Source: an uncultured Saprospirales bacterium (GTDB lineage: Bacteria > Bacteroidota > Bacteroidia > Chitinophagales > Saprospiraceae). From it: a stretch of DNA of 32,000 nucleotides. This document shows, piece after piece, positions 10,564 through 20,183 of this stretch (positions are counted from its first letter, which is position 1; each line of letters begins with the position of its first letter). Below the pieces are notes generated by a model that saw only the letters and a program-made list of their open reading frames with translations, was not told where the DNA came from and did no database searches. Made by a program: the position numbers and the translations under genes. Location: the NCBI GenBank assembly GCA_963975265.1, contig CAXBGT010000008.1, positions 14,053 to 46,052 on the forward strand. The letters are read 5' to 3'.

Positions 10564-10831
10564 TACTAAAAATATTTATAGCGTTATCGAGAATTTCAAT
10601 AAGTCTCCACCTCTTTCTCTTACTAAGAGGGCGACACTCCATGATTTTTACCTTATCTCCTTCATTGCACTCGTTCTTTTCGTCGTGCGCAATAAATTTC
10701 TTAGACTTCTTTACGAATTTACCGTAAATAGGGTGTCTTAATTTTCTTTCAATAAGTACAGATATAGACTTATCCATTTTACTACTGGAAACTACACCTA
10801 TTCTTTGCTTACGTAATGCTCTTTCTGTCAT
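10529..10831 (-). CDS. rpsQ: 30S ribosomal protein S17, with an unusual ~15-aa C-terminal read-on that overlaps rplN by 35 nt
   Basis: 100 aa, with [33 protein letters not shown] and [15 protein letters not shown]. The ORF has no stop before TGA at 10531..10529. Confidence 0.93.
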   Translation of the reverse strand: MTERALRKQRIGVVSSSKMDKSISVLIERKLRHPIYGKFVKKSKKFIAHDEKNECNEGDKVKIMECRPLSKRKRWRLIEILDNAINIFSNDTTRIKTQSS

Positions 10832-10860
10832 TGCTAAATTAATTTGCAGCTTAAGCCGTA

Positions 10861-11115
10861 TTATTTTCTTCTTGCTCTAATCTTAGTTCTTCTAGCTAAT
10901 TGCTCTGGTGACATAGCCGCTATTTCTCTTCTTCTTATTTCAGTCTGAAGTCTAGCGATATCTTTTTTCACCTCTCTAAGTACTAGAGGATTTTCTAATC
11001 CCTTAATAGCATGCTCAAACTTCATCTTACTATGATCAGTTTTTGCTTCTACTAACTCGTTTTTTAAAACATCATCCGCGAGCTCTTGAAGCTCAATAAA
11101 TTTCTTAGTTGCCAT
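10861..11115 (-). CDS. rpmC: 50S ribosomal protein L29, with a basic ~20-aa C-terminal extension
   Basis: 84 aa. The core [52 protein letters not shown] aligns to L29. Located between rplP and rpsQ. Confidence 0.93.
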   Translation of the reverse strand: MATKKFIELQELADDVLKNELVEAKTDHSKMKFEHAIKGLENPLVLREVKKDIARLQTEIRRREIAAMSPEQLARRTKIRARRK

Positions 11116-11141
11116 TTGTTCAACTTTAATATTAAACCTAA

Positions 11142-11558
11142 TTATGCAAAGTCTCTTCTAACTACAAACTTTGTCTTAACTGGAAGTTTTTGTGCAGCTA
11201 ATCTCATTGCTTCTTGTGCTACATCCATTGGTACACCGTCCATTTCGAACATAATTGTACCAGGCTTAATAGCAGCGACCCAATGATCAAGTGCTCCTTT
11301 ACCCTTACCCATCCTAACCTCTGCAGGTTTTTTAGTAATAGGCTTATCAGGAAATATTCTGATCCACACTTTACCTTCTCTCTTCATGAATCTTGTCATC
11401 GCAATCCTAGCAGATTCAATCTGCCTGTTTGTGATAAACTTCTCATCCATCGATTTCAAAGCAAAAGAACCAAAATTAATAGTACTACCCCTATGAGCAA
11501 TTCCTTTTAATTTTCCTTTCTGCTGCTTTCTATATTTTGTTCTTTTTGGTTGTAACAT
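11142..11558 (-). CDS. rplP: 50S ribosomal protein L16
   Basis: 138 aa, [15 protein letters not shown]...[14 protein letters not shown]. Confidence 0.97.
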   Translation of the reverse strand: MLQPKRTKYRKQQKGKLKGIAHRGSTINFGSFALKSMDEKFITNRQIESARIAMTRFMKREGKVWIRIFPDKPITKKPAEVRMGKGKGALDHWVAAIKPGTIMFEMDGVPMDVAQEAMRLAAQKLPVKTKFVVRRDFA

Positions 11559-11627
11559 CTTAAAAATGCTTTTATATTTTCACCTACTTTTTCAAAAGTT
11601 GGGCGAAGGTACAACAAATTGACTTAA

Positions 11628-12359
11628 TTATCTTCTTCTATCGTTTCCCCTTCTATTATCTCTTCCACCTCTTCTATCTCCTCCTCTTCCTCCTTTACCG
11701 GAATCAACTCCAACATTAGGTGAAAGATCTCTTTTTCCTAGTACTTCACCTTTGCAGATCCACACCTTAATCCCGATTTTACCATAAACGGTTAATGCTT
11801 CTTGCAGCTTATAGTCGATATCAGCTCTAAAAGTATGCAATGGAGTTCTTCCATCTTTGTACTCTTCAGATCTTGCCATCTCCGCACCATTGAGCCTACC
11901 CGAAATTCTAACCTTTATACCTTCAGCTCCAGCTCTCATCGTAGATTGAATTGACATTTTTATAGCTCTTCTATAATTTATCCTTGATTCGATCTGCTTA
12001 GCGATACTTTCTCCAACGATTGATGCATCAAGTTCCGGCTTTCTTATCTCAACAATATTGATCTGAATATCTTTTCCTGTCAATTTCTTGAGTTCTTCTT
12101 TAATTCTATCCACTTCAGAACCACCTTTTCCGATAATAATACCCGGTCGAGACGTATGAATAGTAACAGTAACTCTCTTAAGTGTTCTTTCGATTACTAT
12201 TTTAGCAACACCACCTTTAGTGATTCTTGCATTTAGATACCTTCTGATCTTTTCGTCTTCTACAACTTTAGCTCCGAAATCTTTACCTCCGTACCAATTA
12301 GAATCCCATCCTCTGATGATTCCTAATCTATTACCTATTGGATTTGTCTTTTGACCCAT
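11628..12359 (-). CDS. rpsC: 30S ribosomal protein S3 (Arg/Gly-rich C-terminal tail)
   Basis: 243 aa, [23 protein letters not shown], with a KH domain and the tail [21 protein letters not shown]. Confidence 0.97.
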   Translation of the reverse strand: MGQKTNPIGNRLGIIRGWDSNWYGGKDFGAKVVEDEKIRRYLNARITKGGVAKIVIERTLKRVTVTIHTSRPGIIIGKGGSEVDRIKEELKKLTGKDIQINIVEIRKPELDASIVGESIAKQIESRINYRRAIKMSIQSTMRAGAEGIKVRISGRLNGAEMARSEEYKDGRTPLHTFRADIDYKLQEALTVYGKIGIKVWICKGEVLGKRDLSPNVGVDSGKGGRGGDRRGGRDNRRGNDRRR

Positions 12360-12369
12360 ATCTAAATAG

Positions 12370-12750
12370 TTATACTTGTTCTACTGAGTTAGTTTCTTCA
12401 ATCGCAACTACATTTTCAACAATGATAGTCACGTGATTTTGTCTCTTTCTGATTCTGTGAGCTCTACCATGTGGAGCTGGTCTAAATCTTTTGAGCATTG
12501 TGCCCTCATCTACGAAGGCTGTCTTTATTTTAAGATCATAATCAGCGGCACTATATACCATGTCACCTTTATTTTCCCAATTAGCTACAGCAGCGACGAC
12601 TACTTTTTCCAACCAAGTCGCAGCTTCCTTCTTGGTAAACTTTAAAATATTTAATGCTTCGTCTACAGATTTTCCTCTGATATTATCAGCTACGATTCTC
12701 ATCTTTCTAGCCGACATCGGACAATTTCTTAATTTTGCAACAGCTTCCAT
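12370..12750 (-). CDS. rplV: 50S ribosomal protein L22
   Basis: 126 aa, with [25 protein letters not shown] and [21 protein letters not shown]. Confidence 0.96.
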   Translation of the reverse strand: MEAVAKLRNCPMSARKMRIVADNIRGKSVDEALNILKFTKKEAATWLEKVVVAAVANWENKGDMVYSAADYDLKIKTAFVDEGTMLKRFRPAPHGRAHRIRKRQNHVTIIVENVVAIEETNSVEQV

Positions 12751-12781
12751 GCTATATAAATTTTCGAGCTTTCGCTAATAA

Positions 12782-13045
12782 TTACTTCTTACCTCCATGG
12801 CCTTTGAAAGTTCTCGTAGGAGAAAATTCGCCAAGTTTATGACCTACCATGTTTTCTGTTACGAAGACAGGTACAAACGTCTTACCATTATGAACCGCTA
12901 TAGTTAGCCCAACCATACCCGGTATGATCATTGAAGATCTTGACCAAGTCTTAATTACAGATTTTCTCTCTGATGATTGCGCTTTCTCAATCTTATCTAA
13001 AAGTTTGTGAAATACGTAGGGTCCTTTTTTTATTGATCTAGCCAT
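12782..13045 (-). CDS. rpsS: 30S ribosomal protein S19
   Basis: 87 aa, [11 protein letters not shown]...[17 protein letters not shown]. Confidence 0.97.
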   Translation of the reverse strand: MARSIKKGPYVFHKLLDKIEKAQSSERKSVIKTWSRSSMIIPGMVGLTIAVHNGKTFVPVFVTENMVGHKLGEFSPTRTFKGHGGKK

Positions 13046-13068
13046 TATATTGTATTAATTGCTAATGA

Positions 13069-13896
13069 TTATTTTTTCTTTCTTCTTGTTACTATAAGCT
13101 TATTAGAAGCTTTTTTAGGATTTCTAGTTTTCTGACCTTTCGCCATTATACCAGTTCTTGACCTTGGGTGACCACCTGAAGATCTCCCCTCACCTCCACC
13201 CATCGGGTGATCTACTGGGTTCATCGCAACACCTCTTACTCTAGGTCTTCTACCTAACCACCTTTTTCTACCCGCTTTACCAAGTACTGTAAGACCATGA
13301 TCAGGATTACTAGTGGTTCCTATAGTTGCTTTACAAGTGGACAAGATTTTTCTTACCTCACCCGATGGCAACTTTACGATAACATATTTTCCTTCTCGAC
13401 TTACCAAAGTACCGTACGTACCAGCTGACCTTGCTAATGCTGCTCCTTTACCAGGAGCCATTTCAATAGCATGAATCGGAGAACCTAATGGTACTTCTCT
13501 TAAGAAAAGAGCATTTCCTACTTCTGGAAGTGCTTTTTCACCAGATATAATCTCCATTCCAACAGTTAACTTGTCCGGAGCCACAATGTACCTCTTTTCT
13601 CCATCGGCATACCATAACAGTGCAATGTATGCTGTTCTATTCGGATCATATTCAATAGATTTTACTTTGGCAGGGATATTATCCTTTTCTCTTTTAAAAT
13701 CTACTATCCTATATTTCTTTTTATGACCACCACCAATTTGCCTCATGGTCATTTTTCCATCATGGTTTCTACCACCTGATTTACTCTTACCACTAGTAAG
13801 ACTCTTTTCCGGCTTTTGTGTAGTTACCTCTGAATAAGCATTGCCTACCCTAGTTCTGGTACCCGGTGTTATCGGATTATATTTTTTTATTGGCAT
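13069..13896 (-). CDS. rplB: 50S ribosomal protein L2
   Basis: 275 aa, with [15 protein letters not shown] and [16 protein letters not shown]. Confidence 0.97.
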   Translation of the reverse strand: MPIKKYNPITPGTRTRVGNAYSEVTTQKPEKSLTSGKSKSGGRNHDGKMTMRQIGGGHKKKYRIVDFKREKDNIPAKVKSIEYDPNRTAYIALLWYADGEKRYIVAPDKLTVGMEIISGEKALPEVGNALFLREVPLGSPIHAIEMAPGKGAALARSAGTYGTLVSREGKYVIVKLPSGEVRKILSTCKATIGTTSNPDHGLTVLGKAGRKRWLGRRPRVRGVAMNPVDHPMGGGEGRSSGGHPRSRTGIMAKGQKTRNPKKASNKLIVTRRKKK

Positions 13897-13993
13897 CTTT
13901 TATCTTTTTTTCAAGTATGTATTATATAAACTAGAGTTGAACCAATAATCAATTTCTAATTTTCATCACATTCGGTATCTAGTACTAAGGAGA

Positions 13994-14296
13994 TTAAACT
14001 TCTCCGAAGAAATCTATTTCACTTCCTTCTGCAAGTGTTACATATGCTTTTTTGTAGCCACTTACCCTTCCTTTCAATACACCAGCTCTAGTATTTCTAG
14101 ATTTTGCTTTTGCAGGCATTGTTGCTGTGTTAACTCTGCTAACTTTCACTCCAGGATACATGTCCTCTACAGCTTTTTTCACCTCAATTTTATTAGCTGT
14201 CCTATTCACTACAAAACTGTATTGACTTGGAGTTCGCGCTGATAATATTTCTGATTTTTCAGAAATGATAGGTTTTATAAGTATATTCTTAGCCAT
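13994..14296 (-). CDS. rplW: 50S ribosomal protein L23
   Basis: 100 aa, ILIKPIISEKS...FVVNRTANKIEVKKAVE. Located between rplD and rplB. Confidence 0.95.
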   Translation of the reverse strand: MAKNILIKPIISEKSEILSARTPSQYSFVVNRTANKIEVKKAVEDMYPGVKVSRVNTATMPAKAKSRNTRAGVLKGRVSGYKKAYVTLAEGSEIDFFGEV

Positions 14297-14309
14297 CTTA
14301 TTATATAAT

Positions 14310-14939
14310 TTATTTGGCGTACAATTCTTTCAATTTACCCACTGCACCTTCAGAAATAACAATGTTGTTTGCATTCATGATTTGGTAAGTATTTACCTCG
14401 TCTACACTTACAACCTGTGTTCTTTGGATGTTTCTACTTGATACATATACGTTTGTATTATGATCAGTAGTAATGAATAATGATTTCTTTCCTTCTAGAG
14501 ATAAACTTCCTAATACAGCTTTGAACTCTTTCGTTTTGGGTGCATCAAACGTAAAATCTTCAATTACAGATAAATTACCATTACTCACTTTATGAGAAAA
14601 CGCAGATGCTCTAGCTAGAGATTTAACTTTCTTATTCAATTTAAAATCGTAATTCCTAGGTCTAGGCCCAAATATTCGTCCTCCTCCTCTAAAAACACCC
14701 GACTTTAAAGAACCAGCCCTTGCTGTACCTGTTCCTTTCTGCTTTTTTATTTTACGAGTAGAGGCTGTAATTTCACCTTTCTCTTTCGCTTTATGCGTTC
14801 CTTGTCTTTGTGCAGCATTATATTGCTTCACTGCAAGATAAACAGCATGCTCATTTGGTTCAATACCAAATACTGCTTCTGGGAGATCTATACTCTTACC
14901 AGTTGATGCACCTGTTGTATTTACTATATCTAATTTCAT
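14310..14939 (-). CDS. rplD: 50S ribosomal protein L4
   Basis: 209 aa, with KGTGTARAGSLKSGVFRGGGRIFGPRPR. Confidence 0.96.
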   Translation of the reverse strand: MKLDIVNTTGASTGKSIDLPEAVFGIEPNEHAVYLAVKQYNAAQRQGTHKAKEKGEITASTRKIKKQKGTGTARAGSLKSGVFRGGGRIFGPRPRNYDFKLNKKVKSLARASAFSHKVSNGNLSVIEDFTFDAPKTKEFKAVLGSLSLEGKKSLFITTDHNTNVYVSSRNIQRTQVVSVDEVNTYQIMNANNIVISEGAVGKLKELYAK

Positions 14940-14947
14940 CTTACTTG

Positions 14948-15574
14948 TTATTTTTCGATAACTACAATAGACCCTTTATGTCCTGGTATAGCACCTTTGA
15001 TTAACAATAGATTTTTCTCTTCTAAGATTCTAACAACCTCAAGATTCTTAACAGTTATTCTGTCACCACCCATTCTTCCTGCCATTTTCATACCTTTCAC
15101 AACTTTCGCTGGGTAAGAAGCTGCACCAATAGAACCTGGAGCTCTTAATCTGTTGTGTTGACCGTGAGTAGCATCTCCAACACCCCTAAATTTGTGCCTT
15201 TTCACTACCCCTTGAAAACCTTTTCCTTTTGATCTTCCGCTTGCTCTTACGATATCTCCTTCTGCGAAAATATCAGTAATTGCAACAGTGTCACCTAAGG
15301 ATTTTTCCAGAGTACAATCTCTAAATTCAATAGACTTTCTTTTTGGTGTGGTACCAGCCTTATCATAATGCCCCTGGAGTGCTTTAGAAGTACGTCCTTT
15401 CTTAGCTTTTGCTTCTCCATGACTCAATTGCAACGCAGAATACCCATCAGTTTCTTCGCTTTTGATTTGAGTAACTACATTTGGTGCAGCTTCAACTATT
15501 GTACAACTAATATTCCTTCCATCTTCATTAAAGATGCTGGTCATACCAATTTTTTTACCTATTATTCCATTCAT
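14948..15574 (-). CDS. rplC: 50S ribosomal protein L3
   Basis: 208 aa, with [13 protein letters not shown] and [13 protein letters not shown]. Confidence 0.97.
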   Translation of the reverse strand: MNGIIGKKIGMTSIFNEDGRNISCTIVEAAPNVVTQIKSEETDGYSALQLSHGEAKAKKGRTSKALQGHYDKAGTTPKRKSIEFRDCTLEKSLGDTVAITDIFAEGDIVRASGRSKGKGFQGVVKRHKFRGVGDATHGQHNRLRAPGSIGAASYPAKVVKGMKMAGRMGGDRITVKNLEVVRILEEKNLLLIKGAIPGHKGSIVVIEK

Positions 15575-15650
15575 ATTATAGGTTTATATAATTACTAACG
15601 AGGAAAGCAAATAGTGCTAATCTGCGTTTGTTATTTTCAAAAAAATGAAA

Positions 15651-15959
15651 TTATGTCAATTTGACTTGGATATCTACTCCACTTGGAAGTTCAAGCTTCG
15701 ATAGTGCATCTACAGTTTTCTGTGTAGGTGTAAATATTTCAATCAATCGTTTGTGTGTTCTCATCTGGAACTGCTCACGAGATTTCTTATTTACGTGCGG
15801 TGAACGCAAGACTGTAAATATTTCTTTCTTAGTGGGCAGCGGAATCGGACCAGAAATAACCGCGCCACTGTTTCGAACAGTCTTCACGATCTTCTCCGTA
15901 CTCTTATCAACTAAATTATGATCGTAAGAACGAAGCTTTATTCTAATTTTTTGATTCAT
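15651..15959 (-). CDS. rpsJ: 30S ribosomal protein S10
   Basis: 102 aa, [20 protein letters not shown]...[25 protein letters not shown]. Confidence 0.97.
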   Translation of the reverse strand: MNQKIRIKLRSYDHNLVDKSTEKIVKTVRNSGAVISGPIPLPTKKEIFTVLRSPHVNKKSREQFQMRTHKRLIEIFTPTQKTVDALSKLELPSGVDIQVKLT

Positions 15960-15995
15960 AGCCTTTATTAAAAGTGTTTGTTTCTAAATCGGGTG

Positions 15996-16027
15996 CAAAT
16001 GTACAAATGATAAAGCACTTTTGCAAA
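15996..16027 (-). promoter_or_regulatory. promoter of the S10/spc ribosomal operon (Bacteroidota -33/-7 type)
   Basis: The minus strand reads TTTG (16027..16024)-N20-TACATTTG (16003..15996)-CACCCG. This is an exact -33 TTTG and an exact -7 TAnnTTTG, 36 nt upstream of the rpsJ ATG. Confidence 0.6.
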
Positions 16028-16212
16028 CTAATCCGTACATTAATTCAAATAAATATTATTTATACATATCTCTTATCTCCCGTCATATATAGGTTTATTT
16101 ATATATGAAATAATATTTCACTCCTTTATATCATTCGGCTAATAAGTCACCAAATAAATATTGGCAATTCCCAATAATATTGAACTATTATTCACCAGTC
16201 ATGACAAAACAC

Positions 16213-16239
16213 TAATTCACAATTTTGGTGTTGCACTAT
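16213..16239 (+). repeat. right-hand copy of an imperfect 27-bp direct repeat bracketing the two-component cassette
   Basis: TAATTCACAATTTTGGTGTTGCACTAT matches 20105..20131 at 21 of 27 positions in the same orientation, by hand alignment. It lies 69 nt beyond the response-regulator stop. Confidence 0.4.
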
Positions 16240-16307
16240 TCCTTAATTAGAAAAAAGAATATATAATCATAGTGTTGGTCATCATTAATAATACTAAAAT
16301 CGTTTGA

Positions 16308-17078
16308 TTATCGGCGTAATTTGTCAATCATAACCAGTTCTTTAAACGATGCTTTCCTTCTTTCACTCAACAAAACAATTGACCCGTTGCTCATGGTTAA
16401 TTCCATTCTTTTATGATTGCTGCAATGTACAATGTGATTGATATTAATCAAACTTGATCTACTAGCTCTAAAAAATGCTTTGCTCGAAAGAATTTCCTCA
16501 TAAACTTTCAAGCTCTTTGAGACAAGAAGATTTTCATGACCATATATATGAAAATGGGTGTAATTTGATTTTGCTTCACACCATATAATATCACCTACAT
16601 CTACAAAGTGAAGCCCTTCGTAGGTTGGTAAGACAATCTTATTTAATCTATTTTCAATTGCATCCTTCCATATTGCAAACTGATCTTCCAATGCTAATTG
16701 TGTAGATTTTGAAACTACTTTTTCTAGTGCTTTTTGAAGTTCATGAATATCAATAGGCTTTAAAATATAGTGAATGGCCGAATAGTTGAAAGCCTTTACT
16801 GCATATTCTGAGTACGCTGTTGTAAAAATCACATCAAAACTATGTTTAGGAAAATAGTTAAACAATTGAAATCCATTTTCCTGCGGTAATTCAATATCTA
16901 GAAATACAAGATCAGGATCTAAAGCCGGTAACTCAGCAACTGCATCTTTAATAGTAGTAGCATTTCCTATCAAAAGGACATTGCTACAATACTTTTTTAG
17001 TATCTGTGACAAATTTTCAAAGCTTGCAATTTCATCTTCAATGATGTATGCTTTAAGATATTGCTTTTTTGTTTTCAT
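16308..17078 (-). CDS. LytR/AlgR-family response regulator (receiver + LytTR DNA-binding domain)
   Basis: 256 aa. Receiver domain with YIIEDE acidic pocket, LVFLDIELP phospho-acceptor Asp and ILKPI Lys. The C-terminal half (IVLPTYEGLHFVDVGDIIWCEAKSNYTHFHI...FFRASRSSLINI) is typical LytTR. Its start overlaps the kinase stop by 26 nt. Confidence 0.88.
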   Translation of the reverse strand: MKTKKQYLKAYIIEDEIASFENLSQILKKYCSNVLLIGNATTIKDAVAELPALDPDLVFLDIELPQENGFQLFNYFPKHSFDVIFTTAYSEYAVKAFNYSAIHYILKPIDIHELQKALEKVVSKSTQLALEDQFAIWKDAIENRLNKIVLPTYEGLHFVDVGDIIWCEAKSNYTHFHIYGHENLLVSKSLKVYEEILSSKAFFRASRSSLININHIVHCSNHKRMELTMSNGSIVLLSERRKASFKELVMIDKLRR

Positions 17079-20001
17079 CGATCGTAACGTTTAATATTGT
17101 TCTAGTACCACATGCTTCCCCATTCATATAAAGATCTTCTATTAACATGCTGTTTGCATATTTCGGCATATTAAATCCAAAAATTTCAAGGCGATGCATT
17201 ATATTTTTCAGGCCTGAATATCGATCATCGTCATAGCTCGAATTCTGTCGAAGGTTTGACGCATCTCTTCCTATCCCATTATCTTCCACCACTGTTACTA
17301 TAGTATCTCCGTCTAAACTATATGAAATATTAACCTCACCACCATCTAACTTATGAAACAAACCATGCTTAAATGAATTCTCAATAATAGGCTGAACTAA
17401 CAATGGAGGCACCTGTAGTATATCTTTCTCTTTTTCAACATTATCACTGACGGATAGTGTACAGGTCACTCTGTTACCAAATCTAAGCTCCTCTAAATCT
17501 ATATACAATTGAACAAACTCAAGCTCTGCCTCCATCGTTATTAAATTTGAATTTGAATATTCAAAAATGAGCCTGATGAGTTTTGCGAATTTTGCTAAAT
17601 AAATTGTAGCGTCTTCATCTTGATTTCTGGTTATGAAATTTTGAATTGCATTCATTGAATTGAAAATAAAATGCGGATTCATTTGTAATTGCAAGGCTTG
17701 CTCCTTTATTTTGTTGATTTGCTGTAAGTAATTTCTCTTTGATGTCTCTCGTTGTTTCAAATTTTCTCTCTTGACAGCCTCTTGTTCTTTTACCCTATTC
17801 CCCCGAGTTGTAACAATCTTATAAATAGATAAACCAATTGCTACCAAACCAAACAATCTTGCCCAGATTGTTTGCCACCAAGGTGGTAGGATTGTTATTT
17901 GAACATTCTTTTCTTGTGTGTATTTATAGTTGGTAAGAACGCCTTGAACTAACAAATTATACGATCCTGGGGAAAGAGAAGGAAGCCCAATGTTTAGTCC
18001 ACTATTATATGTCCATTCTTTATCTTCATTTAATTTATAACGGACACTTTTATTTTTGATTTTATTTAACGAATAATAATCGAAACCCAAATCTAATTTG
18101 TTATGATTGTGATTAAAAATGAATCCACTATCTAGATCACCCACAAAGGCTTCATTATTAACTAATATCCTCGTAATTTCTATTGGGTAGACTTTTCTTT
18201 TTACATCAAAATCAGCTTCTCCAATAGTTAGATAACCCCTCTTTTGGTTAATTATAAGACTTCCCTCTTTATCTAAAAAAATAGATTTGACGTTATTTTC
18301 TGCCAATCCTTCAAACACAGTAAAAAAAGACGTTACTCCAGAAATAAGATTTATTTTTGACACTCCCTTAGAAGTAGCCACATATACTAAGCTATCCTTG
18401 CACACCAAATCATTTGTCACATTAGACAATAAACTATTATCTGTTGTCAAAGAGTCCTTTAGCTCTCCCTCTTCAATAAGAAAAACACCATTATTGGATG
18501 TACCAAACCAAACTCTCGAAGCCCCATCTACAAAAATTTTTTTAACACTCTTATTCCTTAACGTCCTTATCTCCGTGCTTTTCAATCCATCTTGAAACGA
18601 AAAACTATATGCACCAAAAGATGTACCAATGTAAATTATTTTGTTAACCTTATCATATGTCAAACATTGTACTTTCTTTAAATCAAATAATTTTCTGCGA
18701 ATCTCCGTTTGAGCATTTAGAGACAAATCTGAAATTTGGAAAACAGATCTCCTATCGGCATAAATAAGTTTTCCATCCACAAAACATCCTGCTTTGGGGT
18801 AAAAATCATCCATGTTCTTTTGTATGAAAGAATGTGATTGATTCTTCTTAGAATATTCTTTCATCAAAATAAACCCTATGCCAATAACAGCAAACATAGA
18901 AGTATCAGCAACGATTATTGGATCACTCTTACTTGGAATTTGTATTTGTTCACATTTCCCATTTGAAACACTAATTTCTAATATGGCATTACTCGACACC
19001 AATATTATTTGCTCACCAAAACCAAATATTCCTTCAACTTCATTGGTCAATGAATTAAATACGTAAAGAGGTTTGGGAATCATCTTAATTCTTAATAACC
19101 CTTTTCTATCAGTTGAAACCCACAAATTATTTTCATTATCCAAAAAAAGCTTATTTATCTTAATACCACCTAAACTCCTTTCTATCTTTAAAGTTTTCTT
19201 ATCATAAATTAATAGGCCTTCATATAGCCCTACATATGTGAAATCTTTAAGATTTAACACATCAAAAATCTTTTCTTCTTTAGCTAATTGTATTATTACA
19301 GAATCTCTTAGAACTACTCCAAACTCTCTTGCTAGAAACGTTTCACCTCCCCTAATTTTCAGAATTGCCGATGGACTATATGAGAAGGATTCAAATAATA
19401 AATTGGAATAGCTAGTATAATACTTCCCACTATCGTTATTTAACAATTCCACTTTTCTATTTCTAACTACATAAATACTATTAGAGCTACTTGTAAAAAT
19501 AACATATACAGAGTCTATTCCAATATCAACTAAATCATTATTATAGATATATAACTTGTTTGAGGTAGAACTAGAATTAATAGAATAATAAAGAAAATCA
19601 ACATTATCAAATGAAAAAAGATCAATTGTTCCGACAGAATTTGGATCATCTGATGGCGGTCTAATTGTTACTATTTTTATATTCGTATCCTCTATCCTAC
19701 AATATTGATTAGATGCATTACTAAAAGTAACATGTCCATCCTTACTAATTTCCAACTCAATTATATCATTATCCATAAGCCTCGAATCGGTAAATCTCTC
19801 AAACGTCACACCATCATAAGACACCAAGCCATTCTCAGTTCCCATCCAAAGTAAACCATTACTATCTTGAACTATCTCATAAATAGTATTACTAGGTAAA
19901 CCATCGTTTGTGGTATATTGATCATAATACAATTCCTGAGCAGAGGAATGCTGAGCGATCACTAAAAGTAAGACGGTTAAAAAAATATTTGCAAAATTCA
20001 T
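17053..20001 (-). CDS. sensor histidine kinase, LytS/YehU type, with a large periplasmic two-component-regulator-propeller + Y_Y_Y sensor domain
   Basis: 982 aa. Signal peptide MNFANIFLTVLLLVIAQHSSAQ and Reg_prop-like repeats (DGLPSNTIYEIVQDSNGLLWMGTENGLVSYDG). Y_Y_Y-like VRYKLNEDKEWTY...SPGSYNLLVQG and a TM segment PPWWQTIWARLFGLVAIGLSIY. His_kinase box LQMNPHFIFNSMNAIQ, with ATPase N-box QPIIENSFKHG and G-box VEDNGIG. Confidence 0.88.
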   Translation of the reverse strand: MNFANIFLTVLLLVIAQHSSAQELYYDQYTTNDGLPSNTIYEIVQDSNGLLWMGTENGLVSYDGVTFERFTDSRLMDNDIIELEISKDGHVTFSNASNQYCRIEDTNIKIVTIRPPSDDPNSVGTIDLFSFDNVDFLYYSINSSSTSNKLYIYNNDLVDIGIDSVYVIFTSSSNSIYVVRNRKVELLNNDSGKYYTSYSNLLFESFSYSPSAILKIRGGETFLAREFGVVLRDSVIIQLAKEEKIFDVLNLKDFTYVGLYEGLLIYDKKTLKIERSLGGIKINKLFLDNENNLWVSTDRKGLLRIKMIPKPLYVFNSLTNEVEGIFGFGEQIILVSSNAILEISVSNGKCEQIQIPSKSDPIIVADTSMFAVIGIGFILMKEYSKKNQSHSFIQKNMDDFYPKAGCFVDGKLIYADRRSVFQISDLSLNAQTEIRRKLFDLKKVQCLTYDKVNKIIYIGTSFGAYSFSFQDGLKSTEIRTLRNKSVKKIFVDGASRVWFGTSNNGVFLIEEGELKDSLTTDNSLLSNVTNDLVCKDSLVYVATSKGVSKINLISGVTSFFTVFEGLAENNVKSIFLDKEGSLIINQKRGYLTIGEADFDVKRKVYPIEITRILVNNEAFVGDLDSGFIFNHNHNKLDLGFDYYSLNKIKNKSVRYKLNEDKEWTYNSGLNIGLPSLSPGSYNLLVQGVLTNYKYTQEKNVQITILPPWWQTIWARLFGLVAIGLSIYKIVTTRGNRVKEQEAVKRENLKQRETSKRNYLQQINKIKEQALQLQMNPHFIFNSMNAIQNFITRNQDEDATIYLAKFAKLIRLIFEYSNSNLITMEAELEFVQLYIDLEELRFGNRVTCTLSVSDNVEKEKDILQVPPLLVQPIIENSFKHGLFHKLDGGEVNISYSLDGDTIVTVVEDNGIGRDASNLRQNSSYDDDRYSGLKNIMHRLEIFGFNMPKYANSMLIEDLYMNGEACGTRTILNVTIDENKKAIS

Positions 20002-20104
20002 TCAATAATTGATATTAAGCACTCATCAACAAAATCAGTGCATTCACGCATTTCGGGCTAACCAGAACTAAAAGATAGTTAATTTTATAATGAAATTGAA
20101 ATAT

Positions 20105-20131
20105 TAATTACCAATTCAGGTGTTGAAATAT
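20105..20131 (+). repeat. left-hand copy of the imperfect 27-bp direct repeat bracketing the two-component cassette
   Basis: TAATTACCAATTCAGGTGTTGAAATAT matches 16213..16239 at 21 of 27 positions. It lies 104-130 nt upstream of the kinase ATG. Confidence 0.4.
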
Positions 20132-20183
20132 CAATTTTTACGCTATCACGATAAGCGCACTAAGTATACACCCTTTTAAAGAA

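Noticed and set aside
18287-19066. Plus-strand ORFs antisense to the histidine kinase (18287..18595, 18878..19066), and similar ones in fusA/rpsG (20340..20930, 22151..22399, 22630..23162), the receptor gene (27504..28027, 25643..25981, 25508..25696) and paaZ (29861..30154, 31211..31482)
   Set aside because: They are fully embedded antisense to long, motif-rich CDSs and have no independent signals.
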